A program made the translations under genes and the position numbers. Of a stretch of DNA of 64,000 bases, positions 20,549-30,065 are shown in pieces. Source of the DNA: a virus. The stretch is taken from IMG/VR virus record IMGVR_UViG_3300036834_000189, positions 1 through 64,000 of that record; one strand, 5' to 3'. Within the stretch, counting starts at the first letter, position 1. Every line of letters begins with the position of its first letter. The notes beneath the pieces are model-generated. The model did no database searches, had not been told where the DNA came from, and worked only from the letters and a program-made list of their open reading frames with translations.

Positions 20549-20640
20549 GTCCCAGTTCAGTTCTTATTATACTCTTATTATATTCCGAACGTCAACCAGT
20601 TAGTCGAGTCGCTCACCTGCCGGGATCTGGTTCCGTCAAA

Positions 20641-21141
20641 TCAGAAAGGTGAATTGCGCAGCCACGGTCCGCGAAAGGTACGCGGGACGTTCCCTTTGTC
20701 GTCGACCCACCAATAGTCGTGTCCATCGCTACTCGTCAGCCGTGGCGCTTTCGCCAAGCGGATCTGCATCTCGTCGAGCATGGCGCAATGATGGATGACG
20801 GGCGACTCATCGTCAAAGTTTTCCACCAGGACGACATAAACCCGAGCGGCTTTTTCGCGGTTCAGCTGGCGGTTCAGCCAGCGCAATGTATCAGAGTCGA
20901 CGGCAAACCGGCCAACCCACCCGCTGCGCGGCGGGATCGACCGCTTGATCACATAATACAGCGTCGCCGCGGTCTCGTCCCATCGAAGATGCCGACGCGG
21001 GTCAACCCCCGCCCGCCGCATGTCCGTCGCAGTGATCCAGGGATAAGTCCACAAATTGTCCGCGAGTTGCGTTGTCCGTTCATCGGTGAACGGCCCCCGT
21101 TGCCGGGGGCCTGATCGTAAATCTTCCGGGTCAGGTTCCAA
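20641..21141 (-). CDS. Hypothetical protein
   Basis: GGAGGTG SD directly downstream of array B. Confidence 0.55.
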   Translation of the reverse strand: MEPDPEDLRSGPRQRGPFTDERTTQLADNLWTYPWITATDMRRAGVDPRRHLRWDETAATLYYVIKRSIPPRSGWVGRFAVDSDTLRWLNRQLNREKAARVYVVLVENFDDESPVIHHCAMLDEMQIRLAKAPRLTSSDGHDYWWVDDKGNVPRTFRGPWLRNSPF

Positions 21142-21169
21142 TCGGCATCACCTCCCTTCATAAAAAGCG

Positions 21170-21317
21170 TGGCTCGCGCGTGATTTTGGTGCTCTCTGCC
21201 CCAATGGCTCGCTCCTTCGCCATGGTTCTCTCGTCAGCTCCGGCTCGCTCGCCTACATTGGTTCTCTCAGATGGCACGGCTCGCTCTTCGTTGTTGGTTC
21301 TCTCCATTGGTTCGGCT
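21170..21317 (-). ncRNA. Dual-spacer guide array B (TIGR-like), 4 units
   Basis: [TC]GGCTCGCTC-N8-TGGTTCTCTC-N8 with a 36-nt period. Confidence 0.85.
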
Positions 21318-21323
21318 TCTTTA

Positions 21324-21352
21324 AATATACCAGTCGCTTCTCAATTTGCCAA
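21324..21352 (-). promoter_or_regulatory. Sigma70 promoter for array B
   Basis: TTGGCA-N17-TATATT, ending 6 nt before the first AGCCG edge repeat. Confidence 0.6.
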
Positions 21353-23116
21353 CCGTGACCCGCGATCGTCCTTGATTATACGCAAGATTTTCGAAAATCC
21401 GGTATGTTGGAGACTCCGGTGGTCGCAAATGTAGATCGCCCGGTTCTTGGCAAGCGCGCGAGCATGGAGACATTCCAAGAGATCCTCGACGCCTTGCTCC
21501 GACAGCCAGGCGGTCGGCTCGTCAAAGACTTCCAGGTTGAACACGACCCCGGCATGGCGCTGCACCAGATTGGCAAAGCCGAGCGAGGTCGCGAGCCGGG
21601 CGCGCTGCCCCTCGCCGCCGCTGATCATGTCGAATTTGCAGTCTGCATTCGGACCAGTCATCTCGGTTTGGACACCGAGGCGCACGACACCGCTCTTGCT
21701 CTCGGTCGTCGCAGTGAAGGTGATCTCCCAGTCCCGCAGACCGAGTTCCAAAAGCGAATTCCTGGTCTCGATCGTCAATTCGCCGAGGACCCGCTCAAGG
21801 CAGAACAGGCGCACCCGGCGAAAGCCCTGCCGCCAGAAGTCGAGCGCCGCGACCTCGGAAACCAGCATCGCTTCCGCAGTCTGCGCGGTGTGCCGCGCCG
21901 CATCCAGCCGTGCCCGTTCGGCAGCGACGCGACACCGCTCGGCGGCATGCGGGTTTTCTTCGGCATCGATGGCGACCGCCTGGCGTTCCAGGTCAGCCAG
22001 GAGTTCGGTGAGATGGCGCGCCTCGCGCTGCTGCGCCGCGCGCTCGCTCTTTTTTCGCTCGTTGCTGGCGACTGCCTGGCGCAGCGTGATCTCGGCGCCC
22101 GATATCTCGGCTTCGGTGGTGGCGATGTCGAGCTTGCTGATCTCGCAGGTGTGCGCCAATTCGGCGAGCCGGGGGCGGACCGCGTGCGCGTAAGCCGTCG
22201 AATGCTCGGCCGTGATGGCTTGCCCGCAGGTCGGGCATGTCGTGTGGCGCGCAAGAAACTGTATCGTGTCGTAAATCATCTTGTGCTCGGCGCTGGCCGT
22301 AGCCAGCCACTCGCGCGCGGTGTGGTGGCTGGCGCTGAAGGTGCGGGACCGGTCGCGCACCGCTGTTTCGTCGGTCAGCTCGATGTCCTGGGCGAGGTCG
22401 TCGGTCAGCGCCGCCAGCCGCGTTTCGTGCTCGGCAAATCTGGTCAGCACCGCCTCGATGCGCCGCTCTTTGTCGTCTTTGAATGCGGCTTCGAGAGCGT
22501 CGAACCGGGTAATGTCGCCCAAGCCTTCGATCTGCCCCTCGATCCGCGCGATTCGACTGCGCAACGCGGTCAATTCAGTCGTCTTGGCGCGGCTCTGCAC
22601 GGCAGCCCGGTCAGCCGCTCGCATCCACAATTCAAGCTCAAGGACCTCGTCGAGCAGATCGCCACGCGCCGGCACCGGCAGGTCGATAAACAGCGGCGTC
22701 GACTGGCCAAAGACGACCGAATTGAGAAACCGCGCTTTGCCGAGCCCGATCAGGCGCTCGACATCGGCTTGCTCGACCAGTTCGCCGTCGAGATGGATGC
22801 GCTGCGGCGGCGCGGTGCGGCGGATCAGGTGCTCGTCGTCGTCGACAGCGAGCGTGAGCGACACTTCGAGACCGGCGTGCCCGTACGAGATCAGATCGGC
22901 GGCGCGCAATCCTCTGACCGAGCTGCCGTAGAGCGCGAAGGTCACGGCGTCCCACAGCGACGACTTGCCTGCTCCGTTGCCGCCCAGCCGCGGTTCAGCC
23001 AGGTTGTCGCCGGTGACGAGCGACAGCCCCGCACGGGTGGCGAAGTCGATTCGCGTGGGCTGGACAAACGAGCGAAAAGCGGTGAGCCCGAGGCCGGTCA
23101 GCGTGATCCGTCGCAT
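21341..23116 (-). CDS. SbcC/Rad50 (gp46-like) ABC ATPase
   Basis: GGNGAGKSS, coiled coil, CPTC zinc hook, ISGGE signature, VFDEP. Confidence 0.9.
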   Translation of the reverse strand: MRRITLTGLGLTAFRSFVQPTRIDFATRAGLSLVTGDNLAEPRLGGNGAGKSSLWDAVTFALYGSSVRGLRAADLISYGHAGLEVSLTLAVDDDEHLIRRTAPPQRIHLDGELVEQADVERLIGLGKARFLNSVVFGQSTPLFIDLPVPARGDLLDEVLELELWMRAADRAAVQSRAKTTELTALRSRIARIEGQIEGLGDITRFDALEAAFKDDKERRIEAVLTRFAEHETRLAALTDDLAQDIELTDETAVRDRSRTFSASHHTAREWLATASAEHKMIYDTIQFLARHTTCPTCGQAITAEHSTAYAHAVRPRLAELAHTCEISKLDIATTEAEISGAEITLRQAVASNERKKSERAAQQREARHLTELLADLERQAVAIDAEENPHAAERCRVAAERARLDAARHTAQTAEAMLVSEVAALDFWRQGFRRVRLFCLERVLGELTIETRNSLLELGLRDWEITFTATTESKSGVVRLGVQTEMTGPNADCKFDMISGGEGQRARLATSLGFANLVQRHAGVVFNLEVFDEPTAWLSEQGVEDLLECLHARALAKNRAIYICDHRSLQHTGFSKILRIIKDDRGSRLAN

Positions 23117-23168
23117 CTTCCATGCTTCCCTGCGGCGCCATGCCGTCGCGCAGCGCGCGACCCTGCAT

Positions 23169-23678
23169 CTACCATTTCCGATTCAGCATGCGCAGTGCTT
23201 GTCGGTTGGCTGGTTGCTCATGCCCTTTTTGTTCGGCGGTACGCAGATACCCTTCCCAAAATCGGCGCTCGGCTTCGAGCTTTTGCCTTTCGTTCGATTC
23301 TCCTTGTTTCCAAATCCCGTACAGCGCTGTCGCCTGCGCCCGAATCTTCTCATGGAGTTCAGGGGGTAATTCACGGCGGGCGACCGCCTCAAAGCAGTCT
23401 GCAAACGTACGCCGATTGTGGAGGATCGAGACGTAGTCCTTCAACTGCCGATTCACCTCACCGAGTTCGGTCGCGAGCTTCTGATCAGACTGGCCGCGGT
23501 TCCGCAGTTCGGCAACCTTCTTGGCATATTGGTTGGCGTCACTGTAACGCCGGGTGATGGCGGCACTGGCACGGGTTTGCATAAGCCAATGCCGCACCTC
23601 GTTGATCTTATCGAGATTGTCCTGCTTTTCCCGCATCAGATCATCGCGTTGCGCGATCAGGTCATCTTGAGAAATCAT
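23169..23678 (-). CDS. Hypothetical coiled-coil protein
   Basis: ORF with an AAGG SD. Confidence 0.55.
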   Translation of the reverse strand: MISQDDLIAQRDDLMREKQDNLDKINEVRHWLMQTRASAAITRRYSDANQYAKKVAELRNRGQSDQKLATELGEVNRQLKDYVSILHNRRTFADCFEAVARRELPPELHEKIRAQATALYGIWKQGESNERQKLEAERRFWEGYLRTAEQKGHEQPANRQALRMLNRKW

Positions 23679-23720
23679 CCTTGTGCCCGTCCCGGCCGCC
23701 CTTGCCCCCGCTTATCTGCA

Positions 23721-24212
23721 TTATACACGCACGACCGCATCGATCTCGAACTCGACCATAATTTCGCGATTAAACACTTCGAGGATCAAACGCACGCGGT
23801 CGTGGCGCGACATCTCGACCAGTGCCACGCGCTCGGCAAAGGGGCCGCGCCGGATCTTCACGCGGGTATTGACCGGCAGGAGATCCGGCTCAGCGCTATT
23901 ATCGCGGATCCGCATGCGGTGCAGCGCCTCGGCGAACTCGATGCGGCACGGGTGTATCTCGTCGCCGCCCGCGCGGGTCAGCAGACGGGTGACCCCGAGT
24001 GTCGAGTTGATCGGCGACCAGTTCTGCCCAGTCTCGTCGTTCAGCTCGATAAAGACATAGCTCGGGAATACCGGGACAATGGCTTGTCGGCCGCGCTTGT
24101 CCCGCGCCAGAAACAGCGGGTAGAAGGCGTGAAAGTTCTGTCGTTTGAGATTGCGTAATGCTAGAGGTTCACGGCGCGGTCCCGTCTGCGCGCAAGACCA
24201 GTACGACCCCAT
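23721..24212 (-). CDS. NusG/RfaH-family transcription antitermination paralog
   Basis: NGN domain (YWSCAQT...LKRQNF..FYP...PVFPSYVFI...WSPINSTLGVTRLL) plus KOW domain (RVKIRRGPF). Confidence 0.85.
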   Translation of the reverse strand: MGSYWSCAQTGPRREPLALRNLKRQNFHAFYPLFLARDKRGRQAIVPVFPSYVFIELNDETGQNWSPINSTLGVTRLLTRAGGDEIHPCRIEFAEALHRMRIRDNSAEPDLLPVNTRVKIRRGPFAERVALVEMSRHDRVRLILEVFNREIMVEFEIDAVVRV

Positions 24213-24312
24213 CCAAAAGACCTCCGTCGAATGGATGAGGATGAGGGTGTGGGCAGCCTATTGGAGAGCGGCCGGTTGTGCAAGCCGGCGCCGGTCGGTG
24301 GAACATAGCACC

Positions 24313-24592
24313 GAGCGAGCCATGGAATGTGAGTCGAACCAAGGGTGACGAGCGAGCCAGGATCAACGAGTTGTACCAAAGCGATTGAGCGAGCCATGAC
24401 GGGGGAGTTGAACCAGTTTCCAGGAGCGAGCCACTCGAACTGAGTCGAACCATGAAGCAGGAGCGAGCCACAGAGCGGGAGTTGAACCACACCATGTGAG
24501 CGAGCCATGTAGTCGGAGTTGAACCATACCATGTGAGCGAGCCAAAAGGAGAGAGTTGAACCAACGGACATGAGCGAGCCATGGCGCAGGAG
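24313..24592 (+). ncRNA. Dual-spacer guide array C (TIGR-like), 7 regular 37-nt units
   Basis: GAGCGAGCCA-N8-GAGT[TC]G[AT]ACCA-N8. Edge repeats at 24313 and 24572 are exactly 7x37 apart. Confidence 0.9.
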
Positions 24593-24749
24593 CGCCGCGA
24601 CCCTCGGGGAGAGCGGAAATCGCGCCAGAACCACCGCTGCTGGCGCAGCATGCGCCCTTTCGGGTTTGGCTGTGCTTGGGTAGCCCGCCCCGGAAAACAG
24701 CGCTCAGCGGGCTCTGGCGGGGCTCAGGCGGGATTTTGGTTGGAGCCGC

Positions 24750-24779
24750 TTGACAGGGAGGAAATCCGGGGGTTAGGCT
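24750..24779 (+). promoter_or_regulatory. Putative sigma70 promoter
   Basis: TTGACA-N18-TAGGCT. Confidence 0.45.
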
Positions 24780-25427
24780 GCCCCCTCGAATGACGAAAGC
24801 CGACTGGTGGGATCATCACCAGCCGGCTTTCTAGGAAGTGTCGATCGATGCGGGCGATCGCTTTCCTGCCCGCCATTCTACTGGCGGCCCCTGGAAAAGC
24901 AAGCTCAAAATCGATCGGTGCCGAAAGCCACTGTAGCGAACGCAGCCAAGCTGCCCCGATACAGGAGGGGCGATGCGTTCCCCCGGCTTTTCGCCGGGTG
25001 GCAGACCCAAGAACAAGACTTCAGCAAGCGGTAACTGCGCCCTGACGGACTCCGCGGTCACCTGCTGTCGTAGACACGCACCTTTCAAAAAGGGCAAGCA
25101 ACTTGCCCACCGATGTCCCCCAAGCGATGCCTGGCGCGCTTGGCTGGACCAGTGCCCGCATGCTGGCTTGAGCGTCGAAAACGGAGTACAGGGGTAACCG
25201 GCCCGTCCCCAAAAAGGGGTTGCTCAAAGCGCCAAGGAGTCGGTCGACTAAAATCAGATCGATCTATCATCAGCCACTCCCCTCGCCGCGTATCCCGAGT
25301 TCCACGGACTGATTCGGTCTTTGGCAAAAATTCGGAATTTCGAACCTTTCTCGAAATTTCGCGGCGGGGGGAGTGGACTCTGCCGTTGGACTAAGGAGCC
25401 GGTGCTGCATGAGATACCTTATGCACC

Positions 25428-25529
25428 GAGCCGAGATAGTTGCTCTGGCTATGGCATGAGCCGAGATAGTTGCTCTGGCTATGGCATGAGCCGAGATAGT
25501 TGCTCTGGCTATGGCATGAGCCGAGATAG
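25428..25529. repeat. Perfect 30-bp tandem repeat x3.4
   Basis: GAGCCGAGATAGTTGCTCTGGCTATGGCAT x3 plus a 12-bp partial copy. Confidence 0.95.
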
Positions 25530-25542
25530 GGATAATGACTAT

Positions 25543-26091
25543 CTATGTCTGCGGTTTGGACTGCTTCTGTAACCGGTCGACATGCGACTGTTTACGTCGT
25601 TCCTCGCGTCGTTCCTCGTACTTGGCGCGAACTGCAGCGAGGCGTGGTAGACGTTTGAGGATCTGACGGTTTGCCAAAGCATCGCAGCGCTCGTTCTCGG
25701 GATGACCGGAATGCCCGCGCACCCAGATCCAGGTAATTTGATGTTGCGTAGCGAAAGCATCGAGCCGTTGCCAGAGGTCGACGTTCTTCACCGGCTTCTG
25801 GTTGGCGGTCAGCCATCCTTTGCGCTTCCACCCGTTGATCCATTTGGTCATGCCATCGCGCAGGTATTGGCTGTCGCTGTGCAGGCGGACGCGACACGGC
25901 CGGGTTAACGCCGCCAAACCGGCGATCGCCGCCATCAGCTCCATGCGGTTGTTGGTCGTGTCGGGGGCAAAACCGCTCAATTCCCTCTCGGTCGTGCGAT
26001 AGCGCAGGATCGCCGCCCAGCCGCCGGCACCGGGGTTTGGCAGGCAGGCGCCGTCGGTGAAGATGTCGACTTCTGCCGGTGTCTCCGTCAT
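25543..26091 (-). CDS. rnhA: Ribonuclease HI
   Basis: [52 protein letters not shown]. Confidence 0.95.
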   Translation of the reverse strand: MTETPAEVDIFTDGACLPNPGAGGWAAILRYRTTERELSGFAPDTTNNRMELMAAIAGLAALTRPCRVRLHSDSQYLRDGMTKWINGWKRKGWLTANQKPVKNVDLWQRLDAFATQHQITWIWVRGHSGHPENERCDALANRQILKRLPRLAAVRAKYEERREERRKQSHVDRLQKQSKPQT

Positions 26092-26220
26092 ATTTCGGTC
26101 AATTCCGTCGTGTCGGGGGAGCGGCATGGTTCGCTCACCACCAAACCCAATTAAGTGGGTTTGCTCAAGCCTGCCGCGGTGCGGTCGAGGGTCCGCTTCA
26201 GAAGCCATCAACGCTACTCA

Positions 26221-26820
26221 TCAGATCGCCAGCTCTAGCTCTTGAGCATAATCCTCCATCTCCTCGGTAAATCGGGTCATATCCTGTTCGAGATGTTGAC
26301 TCCAGCGCTGCAGATGCGCGAACATGCGCGGAGAAAATACTCCTAAATTATGACACTGCTCGATAATGATCCGGTTCCCGGCAAATCTCGACTTGTCGGC
26401 AGATCGATCCGCTTTAGCACTGGAAACCAGAGCGTCTCGATTATGAGACGCACGCACCGCAATCTCTGCGGGGCGGTATAGTCGCGGTTGACGCGTGTTG
26501 ATATGCACTCGACCGGGCGGTACCTCAGGTCCCGGTTGCCATCGTGCTCTGCTCCCCGGCATCCAATCGATATCGCCCGACTTGAACTGATCGTGTAGGC
26601 AGGCTTCGAGGTAGTGTATCTCTGGGGCACTGATCGGCCCCAATTCGGGGTTCAGCAACAGAAGCAAATGCGCGAGATCGGCAGCAGTCTGCAAGGGATT
26701 GTCATAAGGCACGTGCTTCCAGTCCAGCCCGAGGACCCGCCAGCCGCGCCACCAGGTTTCAACCGTCTCGTAGTAGTACGGTATCAATAGCTGTCTCGTG
26801 CGGAGGCGTAGCCTAGACAT
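26221..26820 (-). CDS. Hypothetical protein
   Basis: GGAGGAG SD before MSRLRLR. Confidence 0.55.
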   Translation of the reverse strand: MSRLRLRTRQLLIPYYYETVETWWRGWRVLGLDWKHVPYDNPLQTAADLAHLLLLLNPELGPISAPEIHYLEACLHDQFKSGDIDWMPGSRARWQPGPEVPPGRVHINTRQPRLYRPAEIAVRASHNRDALVSSAKADRSADKSRFAGNRIIIEQCHNLGVFSPRMFAHLQRWSQHLEQDMTRFTEEMEDYAQELELAI

Positions 26821-28231
26821 GCTCTCCTCCCTGCACAACAGTAAGAAATTCGCGCCGATCTTCGACGCGTTCACGGCGTAAAGCAGCCAGCAGCTGCGCC
26901 ACTTGGGCTTGCAGGAGCAGGGTTTCGTCGATGTAGACTTCAAACAAGCTGTTATCGACACGCCTGATTCGCTCTTGGTGGCTGTCGGCCAGCTCGATCG
27001 CCTGGAGAACCGGGACTCGCGCATTCATTATTTGATTGAGTATAGTATGGAAACTTGAGCTTTGATCACGGACGTAGTGACTCCAAACCGCTGACCGCAG
27101 AACATCGCGGGTCTGATCCTGTAACCGATCTGAAGGATCGACGATCCGCGACGCTGCGCTCAGCTGTTGCTCCAACTCGGCTCGGGGCAGCGTGATGTCG
27201 ATCGGCTGCACAAGACGCAGGACATTATTGATGTCGGTCGCAGCTGCGACCAGTCGCGCCATCACATCGACCGGGGGCGGTGGGGCCGACAGCGCTTCTT
27301 CGAGCGCGCGAGCCTGCTCTTCTGCTTCGTCCAAGGTCAGCTCGCCATTGCGAAAGCGCTCGACCAGCTCCGGGTTTTGCATGAGGAGAACGCGTTCGCG
27401 CTCTTGATTGGCCGCAATCGCGCTGGCCTGCTCTTCTGCTTCTGCCAGTGACAGCTCGCCGCTGCTCACGCGATCGGCCAACAGGGGATTTTGCGTACGC
27501 AGCGCCAGTGCTCGTTGGCGTTCCTCTTCGATAGCTCGAACCAGCGCTTCCGCTTCTGCCAGCGTCAATTCGTCATTGTCGAGCTGCTCGGTGAGTTCGG
27601 GATAGGCCGCTCGAATTTCACGCAGTCGTCGGATATCTTGTTGCTCGTTGGACCACAAATTGGATAAGGCTTTGTATGCCGTGCGCAGAGGTATTTGGCC
27701 ATTCTTGACTTGGTCGGGATATGATTTCAAAGGTGAGTCGTCCGGCAGAGCTTCACAAAAGCTTAGAATCTTCCGGGCTATGTGCAGTGATTGGTAAGCG
27801 GCATTGCGATTTTCGCTATTTTGTGCAAAAGACCGCTCAAGCACAGGATCTCTGCGCCCATCCCCTGGACCGACGCCATCAGGCTCCATCATTGCGTCGA
27901 CCATGGCCTTTTGACCATTCGTCATGTTGCGACGCCTTAGTGCGCATGATCTGATGTAGGCCGGGATGTCTACATTTGCGGGCAAGTCTTCGTAGATCGG
28001 TTCGACACCCGCAATTTGACAAGCTTGCTGACGACCGCGACCATCAGCGACAACTTTTTGTATTCCCTCGCCGTTATTCCAATCACACAGCACAATGGGA
28101 TGATGTTGACCATATTCCTGTATATCATCGGCCATCGCCTGCAATTCCTCATCGGAAAGCCTTGGCGGAATTTCGGCGAGGGGATGGATAGGATAAGGCT
28201 GAAACTGTCGTCGTCTTCGACTGCGGGCCAT
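26813..28231 (-). CDS. ParB-N-like domain protein with C-terminal (GELTL.EAE) repeats
   Basis: HPLAEI.P.LSDEELQAMADDI..YGQHHPIVL...DGRGRQQAC. Confidence 0.65.
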   Translation of the reverse strand: MARSRRRRQFQPYPIHPLAEIPPRLSDEELQAMADDIQEYGQHHPIVLCDWNNGEGIQKVVADGRGRQQACQIAGVEPIYEDLPANVDIPAYIRSCALRRRNMTNGQKAMVDAMMEPDGVGPGDGRRDPVLERSFAQNSENRNAAYQSLHIARKILSFCEALPDDSPLKSYPDQVKNGQIPLRTAYKALSNLWSNEQQDIRRLREIRAAYPELTEQLDNDELTLAEAEALVRAIEEERQRALALRTQNPLLADRVSSGELSLAEAEEQASAIAANQERERVLLMQNPELVERFRNGELTLDEAEEQARALEEALSAPPPPVDVMARLVAAATDINNVLRLVQPIDITLPRAELEQQLSAASRIVDPSDRLQDQTRDVLRSAVWSHYVRDQSSSFHTILNQIMNARVPVLQAIELADSHQERIRRVDNSLFEVYIDETLLLQAQVAQLLAALRRERVEDRREFLTVVQGGEHV

Positions 28232-28514
28232 TTCTAATGCCTCGTTGAGAATCGCTCTGATCAGGTACGTGCAGGGCTAGCAGACCTCATGGGTTGAGCG
28301 CAAGCCGACCTTTCGAAGCTGGATCTCGGATCCCTCAAATTCCGTCGTGTCGGGGAGCGGCACGACGCGCTCGCCATCCATCATGCTCTCTACGCGGCGG
28401 GCAACGCGACACGCTCGATTTCGTTACACTTCCGCTACACGACTCGTTTGCCGTTGCCGATCGGCGACTCGCCGACTATATACCGCGCGTGCGACACCGG
28501 AAAGAGGCTGGCGG

Positions 28515-29009
28515 ATGCTCGATTTGTCCGCACTGAAAAAGCAGATCCTCGGCTTGTCGGTGGCCGACCGCGACCAGTTGAAGAACCTGCTCGACTACGA
28601 GGAGGCGCGGGCGCCGGTCAGGACGACACGCGACGAGGAGGAGGTCTGGCGGATCCTGACGCGGCTGACGCCGCGCGGCGTGCTGATGCCGCGCTATGGG
28701 CTCGGCGATTTTCTGCGCGACCGGCGCCACGGCGTCGGCCGCGTCGAGTTTGCCGAGGGGGTGCGCCAGCTCGCCGCGTTCGCCGCCGAAGCCGCGCCGG
28801 TGCGTCATCAGGCGCAGGACCGCGTCGCCTTGCTGGAGATCGGGCTCGATTGTCTGGCGGGGGATCTCGCCGCGCGCGGTGTCGAGATCAACCCGAAGAC
28901 CTTGTTGCTCGCGCTGCCGCGATTGCGTGTCGCGGTCGATCACTGCTACCCGGGGTATGTCGAGGCCGGGATGCTGCACAAATTGATCCGGGTTGCCGCG
29001 ACCGAATAA
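28515..29009 (+). CDS. Hypothetical protein
   Basis: GAGG SD and typical high-GC3 codon usage. Confidence 0.55.
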   Translation: MLDLSALKKQILGLSVADRDQLKNLLDYEEARAPVRTTRDEEEVWRILTRLTPRGVLMPRYGLGDFLRDRRHGVGRVEFAEGVRQLAAFAAEAAPVRHQAQDRVALLEIGLDCLAGDLAARGVEINPKTLLLALPRLRVAVDHCYPGYVEAGMLHKLIRVAATE

Positions 29010-29084
29010 AACAGGGCTTACTGTCGCGTTGTACCCGCAAAAAACTATCCGCCATTAGGATATCTGCGAGACGCTTCATACATC

Positions 29085-29498
29085 TTAACCGGGCTGAACG
29101 ACATTGACCGGCTGAACGACATTGACCGCCTTGCCATGACCCTGCAGTTCCTCTAGCCAGATTCGGCAGGCGGCAAGCCCGCCGACAAAGCCCAGCTCCT
29201 CGGCGACCGCCCACACGGCGTGCCGGTTCGGGACGCGGCCCTCACGCTCGACCGACAGGCTCATGTGGCGACAGACGCCGGCCGGGTGGCCGATCTCGAT
29301 CGAGAACGTCACCGCGTAGGCCGCTGGCAGATAGACCGTCTGCCGGCTCATCTGCCGCATGTGGACGCGCTTGCCGTTGCGCGTCTGCAGCCGCGCCATC
29401 AAGTTCGACATGTCGACCGGATGCCGGGCGGCGAGGTGGCGCAGGCCATCGAGGGCGGCATGCTCGGTCGGGCCAATCAGCAACGGAGTGCCGCTCAT
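29085..29498 (-). CDS. Hypothetical phage protein
   Basis: FSIE.GHPAGVCRHMSLSV motif; starts right after array D. Confidence 0.65.
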   Translation of the reverse strand: MSGTPLLIGPTEHAALDGLRHLAARHPVDMSNLMARLQTRNGKRVHMRQMSRQTVYLPAAYAVTFSIEIGHPAGVCRHMSLSVEREGRVPNRHAVWAVAEELGFVGGLAACRIWLEELQGHGKAVNVVQPVNVVQPG

Positions 29499-29499
29499 G

Positions 29500-29795
29500 A
29501 GGCGCAACTCCCTAATTTTGGCTCGCTCGCGCAATATGGTGCTCTCATGTATCGTGGCTCGCTCACCTCTTCTGGCCTTCGCTCAGATTTTATGGCTCTC
29601 TCAGCTTACGTTGGCTCGCTCGAACCTTATGGTACTCTCAGGAGGATTGGCTCGCTCGTCTGGTTCAGCTCGGCTCCATGGCCCGCTTCGATGATATGGT
29701 TCAACTCCCGCCGCTTGGCTCGCTCAGGCCGCCTGGTCCAACTCCCGGTCTTTGGCTCGCTCGGCAGCTTTGATACAACTCTCCCGCGGTGGCTC
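29500..29795 (-). ncRNA. Dual-spacer guide array D (TIGR-like), ~7-8 partly degenerate units
   Basis: Same alternating repeats; some units have deletions. Confidence 0.85.
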
Positions 29796-30015
29796 CAAGT
29801 ACCCGGAGAATCCGAGCGACCGTCCTCAACGTAAGATTCTTGGCATCATCAGAGAACATCTGAGATACGCGCGCCTGCGACACGTCAAGCTCACGCGCGA
29901 GATCGGCGCGGCTCAGGCCACGATCCAGCATCAAGGTGTGGATCGCCACCTGAACGTCCACGATCAACGCTTCCTCAGCAGAGATCATTTCGTCCTGAGT
30001 GAGTTTGTGCGCCAT
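29701..30015 (-). CDS. XRE-family HTH regulator; C-terminus runs into array D
   Basis: LSRADLARELDVSQARVSQMFS...NLTLRTVARILRVLG. Confidence 0.75.
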   Translation of the reverse strand: MAHKLTQDEMISAEEALIVDVQVAIHTLMLDRGLSRADLARELDVSQARVSQMFSDDAKNLTLRTVARILRVLGATAGELYQSCRASQRPGVGPGGLSEPSGGS

Positions 30016-30065
30016 TTGATATCCTCTGCGCGGTTGAGCGGGGCTATTCCCAGAACGGCCGACTG

